DNA from: an uncultured Pseudomonadota bacterium
Lineage (GTDB): Bacteria > Pseudomonadota > Alphaproteobacteria > Rs-D84
Length of the DNA: 64,000 nt
Direction: 5' to 3'
Assembly (NCBI GenBank): GCA_902771695.1
Contig: CACXXP010000001.1
Span: 144,642 to 208,641 of the forward strand
Positions 37,738 to 46,377 of the stretch are shown piece by piece. Within the stretch, counting starts at the first letter, position 1, and each line of letters starts with the position of its first letter. A model generated the notes under the pieces. That model saw nothing but the letters and a program-made list of their open reading frames with translations, was not told where the DNA came from and did not search any database. The translations under genes were made by a program, and so were the position numbers.

Positions 37738-38871
37738 ATGTTTCGCAAGATTTTAATTGCTGCAATGCTTGCAACTGCCGCTGGGTACTGCTTTGCGGCA
37801 CCGTTGCCCCAGGTTGTTACATCAGAAGTTTTTTATGACGAAGATGTGGACGAAGATGAAAATACTTTCGTTGAAGAAACGCAAAATAATTATCAACGGG
37901 ATTATTATCAGGAACCTGTTCAACAAGTTCAGCAAGTTCAGCAGGTTCAACAAGTGCAATATGTACAACCGGCACCGGTTGAAGTCCCAGCGTGGCCGTT
38001 GGCCGGGTCTGACGCAGACGTTACGGTGTCTTGTGAACAGGGTGTTTGTTCTAACAAGGCCAATGATAACATTAAAATCGTTTCCAAAATAGGTTCTGAT
38101 TTGGTTGTGGAAAATAATTTCAACCTTGGGGCGCGTGATGGGTCCGGGTGGTCTGGTGGTGCAAACATGTTGCATGGAAACCAGGTTCCAATGGGGTTTG
38201 ATTACAGTTGTGAACGCGGTGCCGAAATGCCATTGTTGCAACGTGAGGTTATGGAAGATGATGGTGGCGCGGTTTTGGCGGTTTCTCGTACGGGCAGTGG
38301 CGCATGCGCAAAGTATGCAGATGGATATGATGCGTATTTGGCACGTTCTGGATTGACCGAAAGAACTGTGAATGGCGATATGGTGACCGCAGCCGGTGTT
38401 ATAAGTGTTGATAAAAATGGCGTGGTCAGTATCAAAAGTCAAGATGCCCAAGATACTTTGTTGGTGTCCAACACGATAACTGTTCCGGGACGTTCTTCGC
38501 GGGGTGGCTATGGTCAATCACTGATTGCTAATGGTGATGCGACGTTGGTTGCGGGTGAAACAGAAATATCTGTGGATTTATCCGCAGATGCAGAACCGGC
38601 AAATACAATCCAAGACCAAGTTCGTTCTTGGGTGGTCGCCAGTGGTCAGACGTTGCGCCAGGTTTTACAGTCATGGTGTGACAAAGAAGGTTGGGATTTG
38701 GTTTGGGCAACATCACGTGAATACCCAATTCAAGCCAGTGCTGTATTCAAAGGACGCTTTGTTGATGTGGCGTCGGCGGTTGTACGTAATTTTGGGCGTG
38801 CTATCCCGGTTCCATATGCCAAATTCTACAAGGGCAATCGTGTTTTGGTGGTATCTACGACCGAAGAATAG
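37738..38871 (+). CDS. Secreted protein with C-terminal TcpQ-like (type IVb pilus) domain
   Basis: W...SGQTLRQVLQSW...GWDLVW...YPIQASAVFKGRF...FYKGNRVLVV. Confidence 0.8.
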   Translation: MFRKILIAAMLATAAGYCFAAPLPQVVTSEVFYDEDVDEDENTFVEETQNNYQRDYYQEPVQQVQQVQQVQQVQYVQPAPVEVPAWPLAGSDADVTVSCEQGVCSNKANDNIKIVSKIGSDLVVENNFNLGARDGSGWSGGANMLHGNQVPMGFDYSCERGAEMPLLQREVMEDDGGAVLAVSRTGSGACAKYADGYDAYLARSGLTERTVNGDMVTAAGVISVDKNGVVSIKSQDAQDTLLVSNTITVPGRSSRGGYGQSLIANGDATLVAGETEISVDLSADAEPANTIQDQVRSWVVASGQTLRQVLQSWCDKEGWDLVWATSREYPIQASAVFKGRFVDVASAVVRNFGRAIPVPYAKFYKGNRVLVVSTTEE

Positions 38872-38897
38872 TTAGATAGATAGTAGGAGAAAAATAT

Positions 38898-40523
38898 ATG
38901 ACAAAATATATCAAGATTTTCGCCGCCGTTGTTTCTGTCGCAATCCTTGGGGGGTGTGCGCATCATGAATCGGCCAAGGTTTCGGCATCTGTGGACCAGG
39001 ACTTTGTCAATGTTTATGATGCATTTGAAATGGCCAAGACACCACGCGCCAAGGTCACCAGCAGTGATACCGTATCTATGTCCGAAGGGGTATGGTTGGG
39101 CGATAAATCTATGTTGGTTGAACATAAAAATGATTTGCCATCACAATACGAAACAGATGCAGGTGTGACCATTTTATTAAATGAACCGGTAACATTGCAG
39201 GTTTTGGCAAATGATATAAATTCTATCACACATATACCTATTAAAATAGACAGCCAAGTCGCATCTGAAAAATTGAAAAAGACGATGAATGTTGCGTATA
39301 CCGGAAAATTGTCGGGTTTGCTGTCCCAGGTTGCAACAGATTTGGATTTGCTGTGGTATTATGATAAAACATCAATTGTCTTCTATGAAACGGAAACCAG
39401 GACATTTACGCTGTATGCGTTGGGAACGGATGTTTCGTATCAATCATCGGTCCAAACAGATGATGGTAACCAGGTTTTCCTTGAATCTACATTGAAAGAA
39501 TGGGACGAGGTTGAAAGCACAATAACATCTATTATTGGCAAGGCCGAAAATGCGAACTTTACTGTATCACGCAGTTTGGGAACGATAACTGTGACCGCGC
39601 CACCATCGGTGTTGTCGCGTGTTGGTGATTATATTGCACGTCAAAATAAACGTTTGTCGCAATTGGTCACAATTGACGTCAAAGTGTTACAGGTATCAAT
39701 TTCAAACGATTCGGCATTTGGGCTGAATCTGGCGGCGGCAATTAACTCTGCATCTGGGTTAAATATTGTTGCAAATCCGAAAAATAATTTGGCCACGACC
39801 GAAGCCAGTTCTATGAACATCGCGGTTTTGTCCAACAGTGTTTCGTCACTGACGGGTATGACGCATATGGAAAATGGCGCAAGTGTTGCCGGTGCATATA
39901 CCCAAGACCAGATAAACAATGGGGCTTTGTCTGGTGTCGCAGGCAGCACGGCGTTGATAGAGGCATTGGCAAAGCAGGGTAAAGTATCGTTGGTTACCAA
40001 TGTGGGTGTGACGACACGTAATAATCGTGTTGCCCCTGTTAACAACACCAAGAGTACCGGATACATCAAACGTTTTGAATCACGTAACTTTACGACGGTT
40101 GAATCCAGTACCGTTGACCAGGATAATTTGGAAACAGGATTTTCAATGCAGTTGTTACCGAATATTTTGGAAAATGGCAAGATTTTGTTGCTGTTCAGAA
40201 TGTCTGTTCGTGAATTGTTAAAGATGGCCACCCAAACAATCGGTGAAGTCACATTGCAGTTGCCAGAAGTTGAAGAACGTAGTTTCATGCAAGAAGTAAT
40301 TATGGAATCTGGACAAATGTTGGTGGTATCAGGGTTTGAAAAACAAACCAACAATGACACACGTTATGGGTTGGGTGATCCGGACTTTATGTTGCTGTCT
40401 GGTTCACGTGAAACCGCGTCGCAACGTGATGTGTTGGTTGTTATATTGACACCACAAGTTTTGGTCAGCCCAATGGATGCAGAACGCAGTATCCAGCAAC
40501 ATTGGGGGGCACCGTTAAATTAA
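38898..40523 (+). CDS. Lipoprotein secretin, PilN/BfpB/TcpC-like (type IVb pilus)
   Basis: LGGC lipobox, N-domain with GTITVTAPPSVL, VTIDVKVLQV, ALAKQGKVS, ETGFSMQLLP, SGQMLVVSGFE, VVILTP. Confidence 0.88.
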   Translation: MTKYIKIFAAVVSVAILGGCAHHESAKVSASVDQDFVNVYDAFEMAKTPRAKVTSSDTVSMSEGVWLGDKSMLVEHKNDLPSQYETDAGVTILLNEPVTLQVLANDINSITHIPIKIDSQVASEKLKKTMNVAYTGKLSGLLSQVATDLDLLWYYDKTSIVFYETETRTFTLYALGTDVSYQSSVQTDDGNQVFLESTLKEWDEVESTITSIIGKAENANFTVSRSLGTITVTAPPSVLSRVGDYIARQNKRLSQLVTIDVKVLQVSISNDSAFGLNLAAAINSASGLNIVANPKNNLATTEASSMNIAVLSNSVSSLTGMTHMENGASVAGAYTQDQINNGALSGVAGSTALIEALAKQGKVSLVTNVGVTTRNNRVAPVNNTKSTGYIKRFESRNFTTVESSTVDQDNLETGFSMQLLPNILENGKILLLFRMSVRELLKMATQTIGEVTLQLPEVEERSFMQEVIMESGQMLVVSGFEKQTNNDTRYGLGDPDFMLLSGSRETASQRDVLVVILTPQVLVSPMDAERSIQQHWGAPLN

Positions 40524-40529
40524 AATAAG

Positions 40530-40557
40530 AAAAAAGGCCACAGGTGTGGCCTTTTTT
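40530..40557 (+). terminator. Intrinsic terminator after secretin
   Basis: AAAAAAGGCCAC-AGGT-GTGGCCTTTTTT. Confidence 0.8.
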
Positions 40558-40581
40558 GTTGCCAAAGTTTTCAATTAAAAG

Positions 40582-40806
40582 GTGATTTACATGCCGGAAA
40601 TCGGAAGTGTTTACAGACATTATAAAAACCATCAATGTTATCAAGTAATTGCCATAGGTAAAAATTCAGAAACTTTGGAAGACATGGTGGTTTACAAGGC
40701 ACTATATGAATCGGATGAATTTCCATATGGCCAAGTATGGTGCAGGCCATTAAAAATGTGGCAAGAAAATGTTAATGGAAAACCCAGATTTGAGAAGGTT
40801 GAATAA
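40582..40806 (+). CDS. DUF1653 family protein
   Basis: YRHYK..YQVIAI..NSETLEDMVVYKALY..WCRP..RF. Confidence 0.9.
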   Translation: MIYMPEIGSVYRHYKNHQCYQVIAIGKNSETLEDMVVYKALYESDEFPYGQVWCRPLKMWQENVNGKPRFEKVE

Positions 40807-40829
40807 TTTGCCCCAAGGGTATATTTAAT

Positions 40830-41207
40830 GTGGCTTGGAAAAATTATCTGTGCTATGTTATATGTATACCAAGGAGAAGTTTCGTGCAAGTAAAGATAGA
40901 TATGCCAGATCCAGATGCGCTAAATAATGGAATGAATAAAGATCTTGAAAAAGGCGTTTTTCAAGCGTTTGTAGATTTGATAAAAATGGATGATAAAATT
41001 ATTTGGGATCCGGTCGGGGCATTTTTCTGTTTGTCTGGTGGATATCGTATTCAACGTAATGGTATGGATGCGGGTGTGTATGATATTTATGACCAAAAAT
41101 TCTTTTTAACAAATGAACATATAAATAAATTATTTGCGATTGCCGAAAGGCGAAAGGCGAATCGCTCTCGCGGTTTTTTAGGGCTTTTCGTTAAATATGG
41201 TAAATAA
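40830..41207 (+). CDS. Hypothetical protein
   Basis: 125-aa ORF; start codon uncertain. Confidence 0.5.
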   Translation: MAWKNYLCYVICIPRRSFVQVKIDMPDPDALNNGMNKDLEKGVFQAFVDLIKMDDKIIWDPVGAFFCLSGGYRIQRNGMDAGVYDIYDQKFFLTNEHINKLFAIAERRKANRSRGFLGLFVKYGK

Positions 41208-41233
41208 TATCTTTATTTTTTAATACAACAAAA

Positions 41234-41255
41234 GGCGTGCATAAAAATGCACGCC
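41234..41255. terminator. Hairpin between the convergent ORF and rpsT
   Basis: GGCGTGCAT-AAAA-ATGCACGCC. Confidence 0.7.
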
Positions 41256-41273
41256 AAATTTTTTATTGCTAAA

Positions 41274-41534
41274 TTACGCCAATTTTGCCGCGGCCTTGGT
41301 CAAACGAGAAACTTTGCGAGATGCACGTTTTTTTGGCATAACTTTGCCTGCGGCCTTCATCATTTTGCTTTCAGCAGAACGAACGGCCTTTACTGCGGCT
41401 TCTTTATCGCCAGATGCGATTGCCTTGACGGCTTTTTTGTTTTCTGTTTTTATGGCACTGCGACGTGCGGTATTAACCGCGTTCTTTTTTGCAGTTACCA
41501 AAATTCTTTTCTTTGATGATTTGTGGTTTGCCAC
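41274..41534 (-). CDS. rpsT: 30S ribosomal protein S20
   Basis: MANHKSSKKRI...N..RRSAIKT..K...ASRKVSRL. Confidence 0.96.
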   Translation of the reverse strand: MANHKSSKKRILVTAKKNAVNTARRSAIKTENKKAVKAIASGDKEAAVKAVRSAESKMMKAAGKVMPKKRASRKVSRLTKAAAKLA

Positions 41535-41608
41535 TTTATTTTCCTTTTATTTGTTTAAGTTTTTTGTTATTGTATAGAAAACAAACACAAAATCAAGGAA
41601 AAAGAACA

Positions 41609-42196
41609 ATGTTGTATGTATTTGGTTTAATTATTGCTTATTTATTGGGCAGTATCCCTTTTGGTGTGTTAATGACACGTTGGTTTGGTCGTGGTGATTT
41701 GCGTAAGGTCGGCAGTGGTAACATTGGTGCCGCAAACGCGATGCGGGCGGGCGGATTGCGCGTAGCCGGGTTGGTTTGGATTGCAGATATGGTTAAATCT
41801 ATCGCCGCTGTTTTAATTGGTATGGCAATGGGTGGTGATGTGTTGGCGGCGTGGTGCGGTTTTGCATCGGTATTGGGGCATTGTTTCCCGATATGGCTGG
41901 GGTTTCGCGGGGGCAAGGGTGTTTCATGTTTGTTTGGTATATTATTGGCCATTAATCCATTATTATTTATTATATGTGGTATTGTTTGGTTGGTGGTCGC
42001 GTTTTCGTTTGGATATTCGTCACTTGCAGGATTGACAGTGTTTTTTGTTGCATCGGTGCTGGGGTTCGCGATTGGTGGCGGAATTGGTTTGGCAATACTG
42101 GCCAGTTGTTTGCTTTGTCTTGTTCGTCATATGGAAAATATAGGGCGATTGATTGGTGGAACCGAATCAAAACTTGTATGGAAATGGAAAAAATAA
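41609..42196 (+). CDS. plsY: Glycerol-3-phosphate acyltransferase PlsY
   Basis: YLLGSIPFG, GSGNIGA.N, GHCFPIWLGFRGGKGV, RHMENIGRL..GTE. Confidence 0.95.
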   Translation: MLYVFGLIIAYLLGSIPFGVLMTRWFGRGDLRKVGSGNIGAANAMRAGGLRVAGLVWIADMVKSIAAVLIGMAMGGDVLAAWCGFASVLGHCFPIWLGFRGGKGVSCLFGILLAINPLLFIICGIVWLVVAFSFGYSSLAGLTVFFVASVLGFAIGGGIGLAILASCLLCLVRHMENIGRLIGGTESKLVWKWKK

Positions 42197-42262
42197 TATA
42201 TAAATTTTTCCCTTTCGGCTTTATTTTAGGTCTTTTTTGTGGTATAATATACACGATGTAAC

Positions 42263-43135
42263 ATGAGGGAGATTTTTATGATTAAACATCTTTTTGTCGC
42301 GTTTTTCGCTGTTTTGCCTATGGTTGCGGGGGCTGCAACGGGGCGTGATCCACGTATCGCTGCGTTGGGTATGGCCAACAGTAATAAGTTTGCGCCCGCC
42401 CAGGATAGGTCGGCCGGTATTATGTCAAAGAATCAATTGACAACGCCGGATGTATCTATCAGCACAAGCACTGATCGTTCACCAAGTATCAAAGATGATG
42501 GTTTCGTTCCTCCGATGCCGACGGCAGAAAATAAAAAAGATAATCGTGATGCAGAACGTGCAGCATGCATTAATAACAATGTTGGCGTTGGAAATACATT
42601 TGTTTGGGCGTCACGTTACAGCAACAGCGGCAGTTATGCCACAATGCAAGAAGATACAGAAAATCCGGAAAACAATGTATGTTTTGTAAAGGTTGACATT
42701 AAAACGACGGATTCTCGTATAGATGTTTCTGATATGAGAAGTCGTTATTTCCAATGGGGTGAAACAATTGAATGTGGTTCATGGCTTAGTGAAGATGTGT
42801 TAAAACAACGCATTTTGGACGCCAAAAAGAAAGGACGTACATTGGCAACAGTCGGCGGTGCCGTTGGTGGTGCCGCGGTCGGTGTTGGGGCAATGGAATT
42901 GTTCGGAAACAAACTTATTGGTGGCAAGGTAGAAGGCCAAAAGAACAAAAATTTGTCTGAAACAGAATTGTTGCGTTCACAGTTGTTGGTTATGAAAAAG
43001 AACGGCGATTCACGTTTCAATTCCTTTATGACGGAATTAAAGAATCTGAAAAACGAATGCGATAAAATACGTAAGGCCGGTCAAACAGCAGAAGAATGCG
43101 ACAGATTTGACTATGATGTGTTGTTAAGTTTGTAA
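42263..43135 (+). CDS. Secreted hypothetical protein with glycine zipper
   Basis: Signal peptide; VGGAVGGAAVGVGA; several Cys. Confidence 0.7.
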   Translation: MREIFMIKHLFVAFFAVLPMVAGAATGRDPRIAALGMANSNKFAPAQDRSAGIMSKNQLTTPDVSISTSTDRSPSIKDDGFVPPMPTAENKKDNRDAERAACINNNVGVGNTFVWASRYSNSGSYATMQEDTENPENNVCFVKVDIKTTDSRIDVSDMRSRYFQWGETIECGSWLSEDVLKQRILDAKKKGRTLATVGGAVGGAAVGVGAMELFGNKLIGGKVEGQKNKNLSETELLRSQLLVMKKNGDSRFNSFMTELKNLKNECDKIRKAGQTAEECDRFDYDVLLSL

Positions 43136-43164
43136 TCGTTATCGCAAAATATGTACTGATTAGA

Positions 43165-43189
43165 GAAAACGCCCGGATGGGCGTTTTTC
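43165..43189 (+). terminator. Intrinsic terminator
   Basis: GAAAACGCCC-GGAT-GGGCGTTTTTC. Confidence 0.75.
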
Positions 43190-43227
43190 CTTGCTAATGC
43201 TTTTAATATAATAATATAGTAAACAGT

Positions 43228-44244
43228 ATGAAAGATTTGTTTGAACATTTGCTGATATTACGTTCACCAAAAATTGGACCGGTGGCGTATAATAATTTAT
43301 TGCAGAAATTTGATGGAAATGTACATGCGGTATTGGATGCGCTGGGGCCTGATGATAAATTGCGTGATGCGGTAATGCGTGAAATGGATGCGGCGGCAAA
43401 ATTAAATATACATTTTATTAGTGATGATGATCCCCAGTATCCAAACAGTTTGCGTGAAATAAAAAATCATCCACCAATTATAACCGCACGTGGAAATATA
43501 GAAACATTGAAATGCGAATCGGTTGCAATTGTTGGCACGCGTCATGCAACCGCCACAGGAATGGAATTTGTGGCCAATATCGCCAAAGAATTTGCGGCAC
43601 GCAAAATTGCGGTTGTATCTGGAATGGCAATCGGTACAGATTATGCGGCGCATATTGGTGCGTTGCGTGCAGACGGAAACAGCAATACAATTGCGGTGTT
43701 GGCGGGCGGTGTTGATTATATATGGCCAACTGAAAACGAATCATTATATTATGATATATTGGAACGTGGTGTTGTGGTCAGTGATATGCCGGTTGGCTTT
43801 GTGCCCAAGGGAACAAATTTTGTACAACGTAATCGTATTATCGCCGGAATAGGTGAAAAATTAGTATTGTCCGAAGCAGATGCAAATTCAGGCAGTATGA
43901 AAACGGCCGGTTTTGCGATGGAATATGGACGGCAAATATATGCAATTCCGTCGCATCCTGCGGATTCACGCGCGTTTGGCCCTAATTCACTGATTCGGTC
44001 TGGGGCGGCAATTTTGTGTCAAGGTCCCCAGGACTTCTTTGATGATGACAAAATCGGCGCCACGGGGGTAAAAAAATCAGAATCTGAAAATTCTATTTTG
44101 GACATGATAGGAACAGTTCCATTATCAGAATCTGTATTGGCAGATGTTGTCGGAAAAAATATTGCGGAAATTAAACGCGAATTAGTTGTGTTAGAATTGC
44201 AGGGTTTAATCAGAAAATGTGATTCTGGATATGTCCGTGCATAA
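43228..44244 (+). CDS. dprA: DNA-processing protein DprA
   Basis: YPNSLREI..PP, VAIVGTR, VSGMAIGTD..AH, F.QRNRIIAG, EA..NSGS. Confidence 0.94.
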   Translation: MKDLFEHLLILRSPKIGPVAYNNLLQKFDGNVHAVLDALGPDDKLRDAVMREMDAAAKLNIHFISDDDPQYPNSLREIKNHPPIITARGNIETLKCESVAIVGTRHATATGMEFVANIAKEFAARKIAVVSGMAIGTDYAAHIGALRADGNSNTIAVLAGGVDYIWPTENESLYYDILERGVVVSDMPVGFVPKGTNFVQRNRIIAGIGEKLVLSEADANSGSMKTAGFAMEYGRQIYAIPSHPADSRAFGPNSLIRSGAAILCQGPQDFFDDDKIGATGVKKSESENSILDMIGTVPLSESVLADVVGKNIAEIKRELVVLELQGLIRKCDSGYVRA

Positions 44245-44580
44245 TTGAAAGTGTGTATATACAGTGTATATACATATGGCGGAAAACAGGGAAAAATCCG
44301 AATCGGCGTCAAAAAATAAATTTGAAAAAAATCATTAACATTTTGTTGCAAATGAAAATCAATTTTATAAATTGTTTTTCGTAATCAGATAGGTTTCAAG
44401 GTTCTGATTGGAAGGAAAGGTACTTTACAAAATAACAAGAGAGTTGAGAGTAGGGAACATAAAAGAATACTAAATCTTATGAGAATATTGGTTCGGTATG
44501 ATTTGGTATTTTTATGCAGGTGGCTTTTGCACACTTGCACCGGCAGGAAACTCTTTTGAAACCAAGGAAGGGGAAACGGC

Positions 44581-45861
44581 ATGCAGGCGACATTGATGAC
44601 AAAGCAGGTTATATCGGCGGACGCAATTAAAAACGAATTGTCCACCAGAATAGATACGGCCGGTTTTTCTGCTTGGATTTCGCCACTTGCGTTTGATGTT
44701 TCAGATAATTGTTTAATAATAAGTGCCCCAAATCAATTTACCGCCGATTTTGTTAACGCGACATATTCAGGTGTTTTGAACGATGTTGCAAGTAAATATG
44801 GTATGAATGTATGTGTACGTGTTGCATCAACAACGACTGTTATTCGCAAGACCGCAAATGATAACAATGCACAAACATATTCTGCGCCGGTTGCCGATTC
44901 CAAAGGAACCGGCGGTTTTGATTCTTTTATTGCATCCGAAGAAAATGCATTTGTATTATCGGCATGTAAAAAGATGGCGGCGGGAACTGCAAAATTTTCA
45001 CCGTTGTTTATTTATGGTCCGGCGGGTTGTGGCAAAACGATGTTGTTGAATTGTATAAACAATTCGTATGATGGTCGTGTTGTTATGATGTCTGGGGCGC
45101 AATTTGTTGCAGAATTTGCCCGTGCATTGCATGATAAAACAATATTTGCGTTCAAAGATTATTGCCGTAATTGTGATACATTTATCATGGACGATGTTCA
45201 GGTTTTGGCAGGCAAACGTGCGACATGTGATGAATTTGTTCAGTTGGTTATAGATTTGCGTGACGCAGGTAAAAATATTGTGTTGTCTGCAAGTGCGGCA
45301 CCAAGTAATTTATCTGGGTTTGATCACAGATTGCAATCATTATTGGCATCGGGATTGGTGGTTGATATCGTGGCCCCATCGCGTGCGGTTCGTCGTGCGT
45401 TGTTTGTGACGGCCGGTGTCAGTCAAAAAATCGCTGATTCGATTGCAGGGCGCGTTAGTTCTGATGGTCATGTGATATCTGGTATTGTGAATAAAATTCA
45501 TGCATACAGCGAATTGATGGGTGATACCATCACAGAAACCGTTGTTGAAAAATTATTGGCCGATACATTAAAGAAATCAAAATCACCGGCTGTGATGGTT
45601 CGTTCTATGTGTGAAAAATTGGGCGTTTCATATGATGCGGTTTGCGGAAATGGTCGTGCGCGTTCATTGGTTTTGGCACGTCAAATGATGATGGTTGTAT
45701 TAAAGAATGTGACGGATATGTCTTTGTGTGAAATTGGTTCATATGTTGGTGGTCGTGATCATGCAACAGTTATGTACGGCATAGACCGTATTGAAAAATT
45801 GCAAGAAACTGATTTGGTTATGTCTGCACAAATTGCTCAATTGATAGAGGAATATAAATAA
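44581..45861 (+). CDS. dnaA: Chromosomal replication initiator DnaA (divergent)
   Basis: FSAWISPL, APNQF, FDSFI...N, PLFIYGPAGCGKT, DDVQ, ARQMMM, IG..GGRDHATVMY. Confidence 0.9.
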   Translation: MQATLMTKQVISADAIKNELSTRIDTAGFSAWISPLAFDVSDNCLIISAPNQFTADFVNATYSGVLNDVASKYGMNVCVRVASTTTVIRKTANDNNAQTYSAPVADSKGTGGFDSFIASEENAFVLSACKKMAAGTAKFSPLFIYGPAGCGKTMLLNCINNSYDGRVVMMSGAQFVAEFARALHDKTIFAFKDYCRNCDTFIMDDVQVLAGKRATCDEFVQLVIDLRDAGKNIVLSASAAPSNLSGFDHRLQSLLASGLVVDIVAPSRAVRRALFVTAGVSQKIADSIAGRVSSDGHVISGIVNKIHAYSELMGDTITETVVEKLLADTLKKSKSPAVMVRSMCEKLGVSYDAVCGNGRARSLVLARQMMMVVLKNVTDMSLCEIGSYVGGRDHATVMYGIDRIEKLQETDLVMSAQIAQLIEEYK

Positions 45862-45886
45862 TTCATAAAAAATCCTGAAATAAATA

Positions 45887-46312
45887 TCAGGATTGTTTTT
45901 CTTTTTGATTGGCGGCCCTGCCGATAAGTTCTTTTCTTGCATCTACAATTTTCTGAACATCTGGTAAAATATCGGGATTAAATTTACCCCAATTACGAGT
46001 ATGTAAATCAACATCATTTGTTGGATAGAGTGTCATAATTCGTTTACCATTGTTATCCATGTATTCAATAATGGTGCGTGCATCTGGATCATCAAGAATT
46101 TTAGATAAATCTGGGAATTGTTTAACCATTTTGCGCGCAAAACGTTCAGAAAACAGAATCGGCATTTCCCCTTCTTCCAACTTAAATGTGGCACCGTTTT
46201 TTGTTTCAATTGGCAATAGAACTTTGCCGTCTATCAGGCAATCAAAAGGTCTGTTTGGCACTTCGTTCATATTAATAACATAAACATTTTTAAACGATGC
46301 AAATTCTGTCAT
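45887..46312 (-). CDS. Hypothetical protein
   Basis: 141 aa with GGAGG RBS. Confidence 0.7.
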   Translation of the reverse strand: MTEFASFKNVYVINMNEVPNRPFDCLIDGKVLLPIETKNGATFKLEEGEMPILFSERFARKMVKQFPDLSKILDDPDARTIIEYMDNNGKRIMTLYPTNDVDLHTRNWGKFNPDILPDVQKIVDARKELIGRAANQKEKQS

Positions 46313-46377
46313 TTCATACCTCCGTTTTGGTCACAAACGGAAGGTATATTAAATCAAATATCATAAATGTCAACAGA

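Noticed and set aside
44245-44580. oriC next to dnaA
   Set aside because: No TTATCCACA-like DnaA box cluster was seen; the region is better explained as promoter plus structured leader.
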